Positions 44,761 to 54,943 of a stretch of DNA of 64,000 nt are shown piece by piece; position 1 is the stretch's first letter, and each line of letters opens with the position of its first letter. The position numbers and the translations under genes are program-made. The stretch spans positions 17,098 through 81,097 of IMG/VR virus record IMGVR_UViG_2884411467_000001; one strand, 5' to 3'. The notes under the pieces were generated by a model. It saw nothing but the letters and a program-made list of their open reading frames with translations, made no database searches and was not told the origin of the DNA. This DNA comes from a virus. Its lineage: Duplodnaviria; Caudoviricetes.

Positions 44761-46260
44761 TCAGCTCAGCGCGGGCGTCGTCATCTGCTCAGCCAGGTAC
44801 GGGCTGTCCACTCCGCCGCCGCGCGTGACGCGCTCGATGAAGCCGGTGCCGCGCTCAAGAGTGAGCGTCGAAAAGACACCCTGGAAAGGCATGAAATCGT
44901 TCTCGACTTTGACGACGTAGTAAGTCGCCACGAACGTGCCGCGATGCAGGCGGACATACATGCCAGCTCGGATGTTCTCGTTACCGCGCACGCGCATGGA
45001 GCCCTGCTCGTACAGGACGTTGTCCTGGTTCATCTGGAGCATGATCTTTCGGCGATTGTTGACCCAGCCAACAATGTCGGTGTCACGCGCGTTCATTGCC
45101 GTTGCCAGATAGCCGCTGCTGTTTGAGATCACCTGGTCGCCGCTCATCTGGGTGTCCGACTGCATCGGGCGAATGCCATAGAGCGACACCAGGTTGTTCG
45201 GGTACGTCGTCTGCAGGACGGTTTCCTTGTCGGCGCCTTCCATTGCCCAGAGCCTACGATTCGACTCGCCGTTGATGTCGCTTTGCGGCGCGTTGCTCCA
45301 GAAATAATTTGCGACGTTGGCCTCCGAACGCGACACGTTGAGGCTGATCACGTCAACGTCGCTGATGTCGACATACTGCGGCGACGGCGCATCCGGCTGG
45401 ATCAGGTCGCCATTGATGTCCATCGCTGGGATCGGCCGGAAAACGCAGTGCACGCCGTCTTCCTCATCCTCGATAAACAGCTCGTTCCAGGTGCCGACGT
45501 CGCAAGAGGCCTTGAGGATGCCGTAGATGGTGGACTCGAAATTCTGCGTGTTCGTGAAGTTGGTTGTGCCGTGAGCGATGTAGAGGTACTGCCCTGCCTC
45601 GATCGTGGCGGGCACTGGCGAGTCGGGCGGCGCAAAGGCCGTGATGAACGGATTGACGATCAAGTCAAAGATCTGCTGCACGAACTGCGCCGCCGGCAGC
45701 ATGCTCAATGCACCGCCGTAGCGCTCGAACAGCTTGAAATTGGTCAGGAGTGACTCGCCCACTGTGAACTGCGGGTTGTACATGACCTGCATCATCTGCC
45801 AGATCTTGCCGTAGTCCTGGCCGGTCACCGTCACGGAGCGCTGCGCCTGCCCGTTCGTGCCCATCGCCTCGGATCGGCTCACGTCCGAGACAAAGCCGCG
45901 CATGATGATCGGAGGCTGCTGGCCGGCGGCCGTGGCCGGGTTGTGCCGGAAGCGGATCTCGATGTAATCCATCGGCTCGATGAGGCCATAGAGCGACTCG
46001 AACGTCTGCTGTCCCGCGTACTCGCCGATGTAGGGGATGTCCGCGAACGTAAGCGCGAAACCGCCGGCCGGGTCGCGCACGGATTTCGACGTGCGCACGG
46101 AGCCTGACTCACCGAAAAATGGGGTGAGGTCGTAGGATCGCTGCGCACCCTGGTACCGCTGCGACGTCGGGTTGCTGCCGTCCAGCGTCGTGCGGGAGAT
46201 GGTCTTGTAGAGCGTGACCTTGAGGTTCGGGTCGTAGATGTTGATGTTGGGGGATGTCAT
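44761..46260 (-). CDS. Baseplate hub-like tail protein
   Basis: 499 aa beta-rich protein directly after the tape measure; RGFVSDVSRS, VTVTGQDYGK and GSMRVRGNENIRAGMYVRL..YYVVKV resemble hub-family motifs. Confidence 0.6.
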   Translation of the reverse strand: MTSPNINIYDPNLKVTLYKTISRTTLDGSNPTSQRYQGAQRSYDLTPFFGESGSVRTSKSVRDPAGGFALTFADIPYIGEYAGQQTFESLYGLIEPMDYIEIRFRHNPATAAGQQPPIIMRGFVSDVSRSEAMGTNGQAQRSVTVTGQDYGKIWQMMQVMYNPQFTVGESLLTNFKLFERYGGALSMLPAAQFVQQIFDLIVNPFITAFAPPDSPVPATIEAGQYLYIAHGTTNFTNTQNFESTIYGILKASCDVGTWNELFIEDEEDGVHCVFRPIPAMDINGDLIQPDAPSPQYVDISDVDVISLNVSRSEANVANYFWSNAPQSDINGESNRRLWAMEGADKETVLQTTYPNNLVSLYGIRPMQSDTQMSGDQVISNSSGYLATAMNARDTDIVGWVNNRRKIMLQMNQDNVLYEQGSMRVRGNENIRAGMYVRLHRGTFVATYYVVKVENDFMPFQGVFSTLTLERGTGFIERVTRGGGVDSPYLAEQMTTPALS

Positions 46261-46261
46261 T

Positions 46262-49072
46262 TCAGGTTCCGTAGGGCTTGGCGGCGGGCGAATTGCCGCT
46301 GATGCTGTATGTGAATGGTGCTGCAGCCGGCTGGCCGTTCGGATGCGTCAGGGTGATGTTGAGGTCGTGCTGGACGTACTGCGTGCCTGATGCGCCGTAT
46401 GCGCCGAGGCCGCCAGGTGCACCGCCGGTGTCCGGCATCGGCGTGCCCTGCAGTGCCTTCGCGTTGCCCTCGTGGTTGTAGATCGCCTGCTCAATCTTCT
46501 GGCGCGTCGCCGCATCAGTCAGGTCGATTCTCTGATTGGCGCCGTATCCCGTCCAGGCGACCAAGTCTCGGATGTAGGCCGCAACATCGTTTCCGTCTTC
46601 CTTGGGCGCCCATCTGTTGGCGACACCGGAGAGCGTGTTGATGCCGTGTTGCGCGTAGTTGGCGAGGTTGGCATCCGCCGCCGCCAGTCCTGCCTGCAAG
46701 CTAGGGAATACCGCGAAACCGCCATTCGATCTGGTTGCGCCCAGTCCCCTTGTGTAAGCGTTGAAGCGGAGGTTGCCGGGGTTGTTGTTCCTGATGCCGA
46801 TCGGATCTCCACTGCGCGGAGCGCCACCGGTGATCGGGTCGAATTTGTTGCCGCCGCTGCCGGGCGATGCTGCACCTGCGCTGTCTTGCAGGTAGGCCGG
46901 CAGTGCTGACGTGCTGCCAGGGGATGCGGCACCAGCACCCTTGGCCTCACCAGAGTCCAGCGCGATGAGTTCCTGCCCGCGCTGCAGCTCAGCCATGCCC
47001 TTCTCGGACTGGTAGTTTGCCGCTGCCTCGCGGATCTTTTTCTCAAGCGCGGGATCAGGTGCGCCCTGCAGGCCCTTGGTCAGGCTCAGGTAGCTGCTGC
47101 GCGCGGCCTCAATGCGCGCGTCCGCGCGGTCATTGATGTCCTTTCGCTGACCCTCCACAAGTGACTTGTGGATCTCCTCGGGCGACATGACGCCGCCGGT
47201 CTTGGTCTTGCCGAACGCCCAGATCATCGTGTCGCGCATGACGTTCAACGCAGGCACGGCCTTGCCGGCGAAGTCCTGCAGTGTCTTGTCGACACCCTGG
47301 ATGGACTCACGGGTCTTGCTGCCTTCGGTGTCGCCCTGGCCGTGCGCGGCGGAAAGCTTCATCAGCTCGTTGCGGTAGCTGTCATCGCCGCCGGCCTGCG
47401 CCTTGTTGAGGCTGTCCTGCTCGGCTGGGCTCAGCTTGCTCCAGAGCTGGCGGCCCACGTCATTGGCCTGGTCACGATCGCCGATCGCAGCCTGCGCGGC
47501 CAACGCGTAAGCCGTTGGATTCAGCTGGCTCGGATCGATGTTGGCCTTCTTCAAACGATCCGAGACATTGCCCATCTGCGCGGGCGTCATGTCATCCAAG
47601 AACGCGGCCTGGTTGTATCCGACGCCGAGCAAGTTGTGCATCGCGTCGAGGCGCAGCTGGGCGCGGTTATCGCCGTCCCCATAGGTGGCTTTCAACTGCT
47701 GCTGGAGCATCCCCCAGTTCGTGCTCGTCGAGCTTGCCGCGCCACCAGGGATGTTTACGCCGTGCCGACGAGCCCATGCGCCCATCACCGACGCGTCGCC
47801 GAACTCCTGCTGCCCGGTACCGAACGCGCCCTGCTCGCGCAGCGCTGCGGCCATGATGGGGTCGAGATTGAGCTTGCGGCCGATGGCCGCATACATGAAG
47901 TTCTGTCCGGCCTCACCAGAGCCACCGTTGATGATCGCGCCGTTCACGCGACCCAGCAGGGCTGCCGAGCCCTGCACGTCCATGCCAGGCACGCCTGCAC
48001 CGACCATGCTGGTCATCATCGCGCCGTAGCCGCCCACATTCGCAGGCGACAATCCCATGCGCGTCTGCTGCGACGCATAGGTGCCGATCGCCTGGATCAC
48101 CTCGTCGGCCTTAGAGAACGCGCCGGACTTGGTGATGACCTCGCCGATCTCGACGCCGAGGCGCTTGATGTCGCGCGTGTCCTTGGTTATGCCCAGGTTG
48201 GTCATCTGAGCAAAGAAATTGCTCGACTGGTTCGGGTCGATGCCGAACGCGCGACCGAAGCCACCACCAGCAGCCACTGATTCCGCGATCGTACTGGCGC
48301 CCTTGCTGCCCGATACGCCGGAGATGTGTGCGTAGTCGAGCGCCATCTTCTGCGCTTCGGTGTAGGTCACGTCAATGGCGTTCGATGCCGCATGCATGCT
48401 GTCTTTCAGAACGCTGAAACTGACGTTCACGTCGCCGAGCGTGCGCTTGAGGGTGTCGTAGCCGATGTCGTCTTGCTGGGCGTCGCCGATCTTGTTTACG
48501 ACGGCGCCGATCGCCTTGCCGACACCAAGCGCGACAATGCCGCCGACCAGGCCAGCCATGCCGGCCATCATTCCGCCGGATGCGCCCGCGCTGATCGCTT
48601 CATCGGCGACTCCACCTGCGGCGCCAGTGGCGCGCAGGCCCGAGCTGACGATGCCGCGACCAGCGCTAGCCCAGGGAGAGCCACCACCGCCACCACCGCC
48701 AGGTGCAGGCGACTGCTCGAACGATGCGCCGGTGCTGCTCAACACCTTGTTGAACGCACCATAGCGCCGTGCTTCACGCGCGACGTGGTTGCTGCCGATG
48801 TTGGACCAGTCGAGATCCAGGAACGATTTGCCGCCCTGCCCCGTGCGATTCAAGTCGGCACCGAGACGGGAGTTGTTCTTGAGTTTCTCGAACTCAGCAT
48901 TCATCCGCTTGATGTCATCAAGGGATGCTTTGTTGATCGGGTTGAACTTGACCTGATTGGCTTTGGCGATGGATGCGCCGAGCGCGTTGATCTTGGCAGT
49001 CAGCTGTTTCAGCTGGCCATCAATGTCGCCAGCGTCTAGCTTGGCCTCGACTGGGATTTCTACGCGACTCAC
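46262..49072 (-). CDS. Tape-measure-like protein with a C-terminal lysozyme-like domain
   Basis: 936 aa Ala/Gly-rich helical protein with a hydrophobic GMAGLVGGIVALG segment; C-terminal GIRNNNPGNL...FAVF...RWAP..DGND..AY domain. Confidence 0.72.
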   Translation of the reverse strand: MSRVEIPVEAKLDAGDIDGQLKQLTAKINALGASIAKANQVKFNPINKASLDDIKRMNAEFEKLKNNSRLGADLNRTGQGGKSFLDLDWSNIGSNHVAREARRYGAFNKVLSSTGASFEQSPAPGGGGGGGSPWASAGRGIVSSGLRATGAAGGVADEAISAGASGGMMAGMAGLVGGIVALGVGKAIGAVVNKIGDAQQDDIGYDTLKRTLGDVNVSFSVLKDSMHAASNAIDVTYTEAQKMALDYAHISGVSGSKGASTIAESVAAGGGFGRAFGIDPNQSSNFFAQMTNLGITKDTRDIKRLGVEIGEVITKSGAFSKADEVIQAIGTYASQQTRMGLSPANVGGYGAMMTSMVGAGVPGMDVQGSAALLGRVNGAIINGGSGEAGQNFMYAAIGRKLNLDPIMAAALREQGAFGTGQQEFGDASVMGAWARRHGVNIPGGAASSTSTNWGMLQQQLKATYGDGDNRAQLRLDAMHNLLGVGYNQAAFLDDMTPAQMGNVSDRLKKANIDPSQLNPTAYALAAQAAIGDRDQANDVGRQLWSKLSPAEQDSLNKAQAGGDDSYRNELMKLSAAHGQGDTEGSKTRESIQGVDKTLQDFAGKAVPALNVMRDTMIWAFGKTKTGGVMSPEEIHKSLVEGQRKDINDRADARIEAARSSYLSLTKGLQGAPDPALEKKIREAAANYQSEKGMAELQRGQELIALDSGEAKGAGAASPGSTSALPAYLQDSAGAASPGSGGNKFDPITGGAPRSGDPIGIRNNNPGNLRFNAYTRGLGATRSNGGFAVFPSLQAGLAAADANLANYAQHGINTLSGVANRWAPKEDGNDVAAYIRDLVAWTGYGANQRIDLTDAATRQKIEQAIYNHEGNAKALQGTPMPDTGGAPGGLGAYGASGTQYVQHDLNITLTHPNGQPAAAPFTYSISGNSPAAKPYGT

Positions 49073-49359
49073 TTCTCACCGCCGGTCGTGTCGATGGCCA
49101 GCAGCGAGTCGCGCACGCGCGCGGGGAGCTTGTTCTGTCGACCCAGGAGGTCCAGGTACGAGGCATGGGCGCCGGTGATGACGCCGGAGGCGGCGCAGAA
49201 CTGCAGGGACTTCGCGAGCTGGTCGCCCTCGTCATCCTGCTCGCGCTTGGCGGAGACCTCCTCACCTGCAGCATGGATCTTTTCATTGGCTGCCTTGGCC
49301 TTACGCCTGCGCGCCTTGTCGAGGTCAGCAACCAGGCGATCAAAATTTGATGGTGTCAC
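49069..49359 (-). CDS. Hypothetical protein directly upstream of the tape measure (chaperone or scaffold-fragment candidate)
   Basis: Overlaps the TMP start; 96 aa, helical. Confidence 0.6.
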   Translation of the reverse strand: MTPSNFDRLVADLDKARRRKAKAANEKIHAAGEEVSAKREQDDEGDQLAKSLQFCAASGVITGAHASYLDLLGRQNKLPARVRDSLLAIDTTGGEK

Positions 49360-49543
49360 GTCAATTCCTTTTGATGATCAGACTTGATTAGGTCGCAGGG
49401 GATGCGGGTGAGTCAGGCCCGCATCCCCCACTTCGGTGACGCCGAGCAGGGCGTCGCCGCGTTGAAGGTTGGCCGCCGGCCCGTTGCGGAGCGCAGGCTG
49501 GCGGCCGGCACGCAGCGTCTTCGCGCCACTGCATGCCATCGCA

Positions 49544-49837
49544 TCAGGACTCGGCCCCACGCCTATCCGTCTGCGAATTCGATGTCGGACGCACTGCCGG
49601 CTTTTTGGTTGGCTCGACGACGGCCATCATCAGGTTCAACACCGCCGCGATGCACGCTGAGTCGCCGCTGGCGGCCTTCTCGACGGCGAGCTGCACGATT
49701 TCATCAGCACGACCAGCGAGCTGCGTCTGGGCGGCTTTACGGAGGTTGTGGTTGATGGTCGACATCAGCAGCGTGCGCTTACGTCCACGGGGGTTGGCGA
49801 CGTAGCCCGGCTTGAATCGGGTGGCGATGTTGGACAT
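49544..49837 (-). CDS. DUF5681-like protein (small-terminase-like)
   Basis: TRFKPGYVANPRGRKR N-terminal motif. Confidence 0.65.
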   Translation of the reverse strand: MSNIATRFKPGYVANPRGRKRTLLMSTINHNLRKAAQTQLAGRADEIVQLAVEKAASGDSACIAAVLNLMMAVVEPTKKPAVRPTSNSQTDRRGAES

Positions 49838-49842
49838 GAGGG

Positions 49843-50691
49843 TCAGCCACCGTAGGTGCGCTGCTGCGCTGGCATTTGGCCATGCTGCAGCCCATGGCGC
49901 AGTGCCGGGCTCGGGCGCCACAGCATGTGCAGGCTCTTGCCAACTGCGCGGCCGGCGACCTCGGTCTCGTACAGCGCCTTCTCCAGCGCACCGGTTAGCA
50001 GGGCAACGTGATCGGCCAGGAGCGTGGCGCGGGCTTCGACAAGCGCGCGGTCGAGAGCCTGCCGGGCATCGGAGACGGCGCGAGCGCCGAGGGTGGGGGT
50101 CAGGCCTTCGGCGGTGGCGCGCACCTGGGTCAGCATGTTCTGCAGGTCGCTGATGTCGGTGGCCAACGCATAGAGGCGTGCTTCCTGCGCCTCGCTCGTC
50201 TTGCCGCTGCGTCGATCGGCAACGATCATTTCGTGCCGGGTCCGTGCTTCGGCTAGCTTGCGCTCGACGTCGGCAACTTCGCGCGTCGCGTTGCCGTGCA
50301 ACTGCGCGGCTTCGGCGTGGCGGCTCTCGGCGAGTGCCAGGTTGGCGGCGGCCTGCTCGATGGCGATGGCGTGCGTCGGGTGCAGGTGCGCCGTGTCGAG
50401 GTTCGGGGCGGAAGCGGCGGCCAGGTGACCAATGGATGCCTCGATGCCTGCGACGGCGTCAGCAGCGGCGGTGCGGCCGGCAGCGTGGGCGTTGACGTGG
50501 ATCTCGGCCTGCTCCTGGGCAGCCTGAGCGCTGGCGGCGGAGCGTGCGGCCTGCAGACGTTCGGCGACCTCGGCCAGTTTGCGGCGCGTTTCCAGCGTCG
50601 GTTTGCCGTGCTTGAGGCTCTCGGCGATCTCGGCCTGGAGTGCGGTGTGTTCCGCTTCCAGGCTCTGTAGTGTTTCGTGATGGTCGGACAT
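49843..50691 (-). CDS. Ala-rich coiled-coil protein
   Basis: 282 aa with extended heptads; GAGG RBS. Confidence 0.7.
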   Translation of the reverse strand: MSDHHETLQSLEAEHTALQAEIAESLKHGKPTLETRRKLAEVAERLQAARSAASAQAAQEQAEIHVNAHAAGRTAAADAVAGIEASIGHLAAASAPNLDTAHLHPTHAIAIEQAAANLALAESRHAEAAQLHGNATREVADVERKLAEARTRHEMIVADRRSGKTSEAQEARLYALATDISDLQNMLTQVRATAEGLTPTLGARAVSDARQALDRALVEARATLLADHVALLTGALEKALYETEVAGRAVGKSLHMLWRPSPALRHGLQHGQMPAQQRTYGG

Positions 50692-51121
50692 GAGGTTCTC
50701 TCGTCGGTGGGCAGCCAGTCCGCCCATGACTAAATGTTCGTGTCACGACCAAATCCTTTCCTGCTGCGTCCAGCTAGATCACCATCTCCTTTGGTTATTG
50801 GTCTTGATCAAATTCGAGTATTGACTTTCCGCAAACGCATACGCGGCGCTGTCACGACCGGATACCAGATACCAGCCGTCAACGACCAGCTAAGAGACCA
50901 AATCCTTAGATCAATTCCGCCGGTCGTCGTGCATGCGCATGCGCGTACCTAGTGCGCGTACCTGACCCCGAGTCAGGGAACAAGCGAGCACCAGCGCGCC
51001 TCCCAGCCACCCCACGCAAAATTGGCGCACGAAGGGCGCACCAGCGCGCAAAACAAAGGCCGCATGAGCGGCCCTTGTCGGCGATGTCTCGTCCGTGAGG
51101 TGGTGTGGGTCCAGTATCGCG

Positions 51122-51475
51122 TCACGCCGGCTCGGCACTGAGGCCCATCAGGCTACTGCGGATGCCGCGCCGGATGATCTCCTGCCGGTGGCGGGCGATT
51201 GCCCGCACGACCTCGTCATCAAGATGATCAACGCGCCGCCGCGCCATAGCGACCTGGTCGAGCTTGGCAACGCTCTCCGGCTCGCGGCCAAGCTGGCGCA
51301 GCTTGCGGTACAGCTCGCCCGCCGAGGCCTCGGTGGTGGCGACCAGTAATGCCCGACCCTCGCCGCGCAACGTGCGCACGTCGGCCACGATGCGTTCGAG
51401 TTGCGCGCAGGCCAGCCTGCAGCTCAGGGCTTGCTCAGTGTCATCCTTGACCTTGATCTCAGCATCCATGCTCAT
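51122..51475 (-). CDS. Hypothetical satellite protein
   Basis: Part of a chain of overlapping minus-strand ORFs. Confidence 0.55.
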   Translation of the reverse strand: MSMDAEIKVKDDTEQALSCRLACAQLERIVADVRTLRGEGRALLVATTEASAGELYRKLRQLGREPESVAKLDQVAMARRRVDHLDDEVVRAIARHRQEIIRRGIRSSLMGLSAEPA

Positions 51476-51716
51476 ATTCCTTCGAGTGCGGGGCCGGTGC
51501 CGACAAGCGCGCGAGTTCGTCTATGAGGGCCTGCGCCTGTACCTCCAGGGCGCGCACGGACATGTTCCGCCACTCACCCTCCGGCAGCGCCTGCGCGGCC
51601 TCCAGCCGTCCGGCCAGGTGCGCTGCCTGGCGTCTGCCGAAGGCAGCAATACCTACGCGCGACAGCTCCAACCTGGAGGCCTCCGCCTCGATCCGTTCGA
51701 GCAGCCCGTGCTTCAT
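51459..51716 (-). CDS. Hypothetical satellite protein
   Basis: Coupled ORF. Confidence 0.55.
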   Translation of the reverse strand: MKHGLLERIEAEASRLELSRVGIAAFGRRQAAHLAGRLEAAQALPEGEWRNMSVRALEVQAQALIDELARLSAPAPHSKEYEHGC

Positions 51717-52066
51717 GCGGATTGCCCTCGTCCATGGGGCACCTCGGTGCTGGTGCTGGTACCGAACTCATCACCCAAGCGCGCCGCACGGCGCGAGGCG
51801 CGCTCGACGTATTCGAGCAGATCCTCAATCGCTGCACGTTCTTTGCCGGTCGCGTGCAGCTTGAGCACGCCACGTTTGAACTCAGCAACGGCAGCGTCAA
51901 TGCGCTCGATGATGTGCCGGGGCTCGGGATCGGCGCGGAGGCCGGTGACCCTCTCCAGCCCGGTGATCAGCTCGCCAAGCGACGCGACCGGATCGAACAC
52001 GGGTTTCTTGCTCCGCCTCATGACTGCCTCCTTGGCTGCACATAGTTCGGTCCCTTGCGGCCCCAC
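51713..52066 (-). CDS. Hypothetical satellite protein
   Basis: Coupled ORF; probable start at MRRSKK. Confidence 0.55.
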   Translation of the reverse strand: MGPQGTELCAAKEAVMRRSKKPVFDPVASLGELITGLERVTGLRADPEPRHIIERIDAAVAEFKRGVLKLHATGKERAAIEDLLEYVERASRRAARLGDEFGTSTSTEVPHGRGQSA

Positions 52067-52278
52067 TCGTTGAGACCGTACTCGGCAAAAATCTGGGTCA
52101 TCGTCTTTTCGCCACTGGCGATTTGCGACTTTTCAAACTCGAACTGCTCGCTGCTGATGATGCGATCGCCGCGAACACAGGAAAAGTCAGGCTCGCACTC
52201 CGGCCACACGTATTTCGGCCGTGGCGGCAGCGGAGGTGCATCCAGGTCGTCAGCGTCGTCGTACGCAATCGTGTTCAT
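52018..52278 (-). CDS. Hypothetical satellite protein
   Basis: ATGA coupling. Confidence 0.55.
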   Translation of the reverse strand: MNTIAYDDADDLDAPPLPPRPKYVWPECEPDFSCVRGDRIISSEQFEFEKSQIASGEKTMTQIFAEYGLNEWGRKGPNYVQPRRQS

Positions 52279-53132
52279 CGGTCGGAACCTTCCATGGCGG
52301 GTTGGGGTGTGGATTCGTCTGCGGGCTTCGGCATCATGTCGCCGCCCAAGAATTCGCGCTCAGCGTGGCGCCGTGAGATGACACCGAGAACGGCATTGCG
52401 GACGCGGTTCGCGATCACGCGCTGCGCTTCGTCGCGTGTCTTGCCGAGGGCTCGATTGATCTCACGAAGCATCTCGGCCTCCCAGTGCGCAACCCTCTCG
52501 GCGCCGTACTGTGTGGACTCACGATCTGCGGCCAGCTTCAACGCCGCCGTGCGCGCGCTGATCGACTGGCGCAGGACCATCGGGTTTCGCACGCGCTCGA
52601 CGCCGGTGGTCGGATCAACGTGCACCGACTGCCGAGTCAGCAGGTCGCATTGCTTGAGGAGGCCGCCGATCTGGGAGAGCCAGTTGATGACGCCGGGCGC
52701 CGAGTTGTCGGTCTGCTCATCGGATGCCATGCCAGCGGGCGCATAGACGGAGGGCGGGATCGACGAAGCCGGCAGGCCTGCCTCACGCAGTCGCTGAGCC
52801 TCGTTCCATTCTCCGCGTACTTGTTTGACGTGACGGGACCAGCTCGACGCCGGCACGTCCTGGAACTTCAAGCGCGCGATCTTGGCGCCCGTGACCTCAC
52901 CGTGCGCGTCGATCTGGGTGCGCAGTTCGGAAAGGATGTCAACGGTGGTGTGCTTCGGATGATTACTCACGGTTGGAATTTCTTCTGGCGTTAAAGCAAA
53001 TATGCCGTCACGACTTCCAAAGTGATCACGCAGAAACAGGGTTTGACAGTTGCACGCTGGCAAGACTTGCCGGCATTCGCGCATTTTCTTGAAACAGCCT
53101 TTGGCTTGACGGAAAACGCACATTTCCAGCAC
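52275..53132 (-). CDS. Hypothetical satellite protein (true start probably near 52970)
   Basis: Coherent C-terminal ~230 aa. Confidence 0.6.
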   Translation of the reverse strand: MLEMCVFRQAKGCFKKMRECRQVLPACNCQTLFLRDHFGSRDGIFALTPEEIPTVSNHPKHTTVDILSELRTQIDAHGEVTGAKIARLKFQDVPASSWSRHVKQVRGEWNEAQRLREAGLPASSIPPSVYAPAGMASDEQTDNSAPGVINWLSQIGGLLKQCDLLTRQSVHVDPTTGVERVRNPMVLRQSISARTAALKLAADRESTQYGAERVAHWEAEMLREINRALGKTRDEAQRVIANRVRNAVLGVISRRHAEREFLGGDMMPKPADESTPQPAMEGSDR

Positions 53133-53390
53133 ACGCCGATGGCGGGCATCTCACCACCACCCCCTCGCCGCCGTCATGTCCGCCTCGTCGACATGCGCCT
53201 GCCCTCGTGTCGACTCCTGCCCATCCATTCGACATGTCGAGCATCACCACCCAGGCCACCAGCGGACACCGTCGTGGATGGTGGCTGCGACGGGGTTGGT
53301 GTTCGTCCACGAGGTCAGCTCGTAGTGACGGTGGCGCCTGGCTCCATCTACGTGGTCCGTCTGCGCTTCTCTTCCCGGTTCCAGCAACAG

Positions 53391-53743
53391 GGTGGCAGGG
53401 GTGGCAGCCTGCCACCCTTACTGCCACCCTGAAAAGCAGGACTCAAAGCCGTATAACTAACTAATTCTATTGACGAAAATTAGATTAATTATATAGAGGG
53501 TGGCAAAAGTGGCAGTAAAGAGAGGTATACGAGGAGGAGAGGTATGGGAGTGTTGTAGGGGTGCTATGTATGTGGATTGGTACACCTCCCTGATGCCCGT
53601 GCTTTGTATCTTGGGGTAATAGGTGTGCGGAGCTGCCACCCTGCCACCCTAGTGCCAATTTCTGGAATTATCGCAATAAATACAATACCTTGTGCCGGGT
53701 GGCAGCCTGGTGGCAGGCCTGGTGGCAGGTTGGCACTGCCACC
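53391..53743. repeat. Putative satellite replication origin: GGTGGCA/TGCCACC iterons around an AT-rich core
   Basis: 11 exact heptamers (53391, 53400, 53410, 53422, 53499, 53634, 53642, 53698, 53709, 53721, 53737); AT-rich stretch at about 53452-53496; non-coding. Confidence 0.8.
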
Positions 53744-53809
53744 CTCCATGCCCAATTGCGTGGTCGGTGGCGCCACCTGAGAGACGCGTGGGCAGGACGC
53801 CACCGCGCC

Positions 53810-54943
53810 TCACCACATCGGCCCGCCGGCCACCGTCGCTAGTGATGAGTTGCGCCCATGAAAAAGCCGGCGCATGGCCGGCTCGGTTTCAGTGGTGATG
53901 GTGGGCGATGCCGCCGTCTGTGCCGGCGCCATCGATGCCACCAGCCTTGCTCTCACCTTCCGCAGTGCGGTCACCATCGCATCACGCGGCGCACTACGAT
54001 CGTAACCCCTGATGAGGATCTCCACGGCCTGGCCGATCGCCTGGAGCTGCGCCGCCCGGTCGTGAATCGGCCCGGCCGCCGCCGAATACACCTCGGCATG
54101 ATCTGGGTGTTCCGCTGCAAACCACCTACCAAGCTCGGCGCGGATGTCCTGCAGCGCCCAGGTGATCATGCTGGTGGGGCTGGACGCGATCAGTGCATTG
54201 AGGGTCGACGCGAGCGCCAAGTGCTGTTCCATCGGCAAGATCTGCGCAGGGCTCGGCGCATCAGCCCTCATCAGCGTCCGTCCCTTTGGCGTCGTCACAG
54301 AGCCGGCAACCGATCTCCCACTCCACACGAGCGGCCCGGCCGCATCGATCCGGCCGATAGCTGCAGCCAACACCGCAGCTGTGGCCTCATCGCTGCACAT
54401 GAGGTGCGGCAGGGCGACCGCACGCGGCCCCCACGCATTGACCCAGTCTGGCGGCAGGTACGCGATGCCGTTTCGCCTGCACCAGGTGGCGCGCGCGCCC
54501 GACGACGGCTCAGCTGAAGTAATGGCCGCCACCCATGCGCCGCTGTCGACATGCGCCCAGGCCGCCGCGATGACGCGGTTGTGGCCAGGCGTACCGTCGA
54601 GCGCCGTGTATGCGCGATCGATCTCCACCTCCGTCGCCGGCCGCATACCGGTATGCGCAAGAAAGCGAAGCATCCGCGCCGCACCTAGGACGCGATCACG
54701 TGCCGCAGCCTTGCCCTCCCCGACATCACGCAGCTCAATGCACCCTGTCGTTTCATCCATGAGCGCACCGCGCATGATGCCGGTCGTCTGCACCTGGTGG
54801 ATGTTGATCATCTGCGCCAGCGGCATCGGCATCCCGACCTCCAGCACCTCGCGCCTGAACGCGCCTTGCCAGTACCACCGCGCGGAGATCTGCGCGGTGT
54901 GCCTGGTGCTGGACATGTCTTTCATCGATGTCTGGTTGCTCAT
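53810..54943 (-). CDS. Hypothetical protein coupled to the primase
   Basis: 377 aa, ATGA overlap with the primase stop. Confidence 0.65.
   Translation of the reverse strand: MSNQTSMKDMSSTRHTAQISARWYWQGAFRREVLEVGMPMPLAQMINIHQVQTTGIMRGALMDETTGCIELRDVGEGKAAARDRVLGAARMLRFLAHTGMRPATEVEIDRAYTALDGTPGHNRVIAAAWAHVDSGAWVAAITSAEPSSGARATWCRRNGIAYLPPDWVNAWGPRAVALPHLMCSDEATAAVLAAAIGRIDAAGPLVWSGRSVAGSVTTPKGRTLMRADAPSPAQILPMEQHLALASTLNALIASSPTSMITWALQDIRAELGRWFAAEHPDHAEVYSAAAGPIHDRAAQLQAIGQAVEILIRGYDRSAPRDAMVTALRKVRARLVASMAPAQTAASPTITTETEPAMRRLFHGRNSSLATVAGGPMW

Noticed and set aside
47168-49039. Plus-strand ORFs of 370 and 237 aa inside the tape-measure gene
   Set aside because: Antisense shadows with no motifs or RBS support.
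44761-49072. Tail genes as misplaced parts of the left prophage
   Set aside because: They lie inside a separately att-bounded element within its own coupled operon. A deleted-prophage origin for that element is less likely given the intact ORFs and satellite-type replicon, but it is not excluded.
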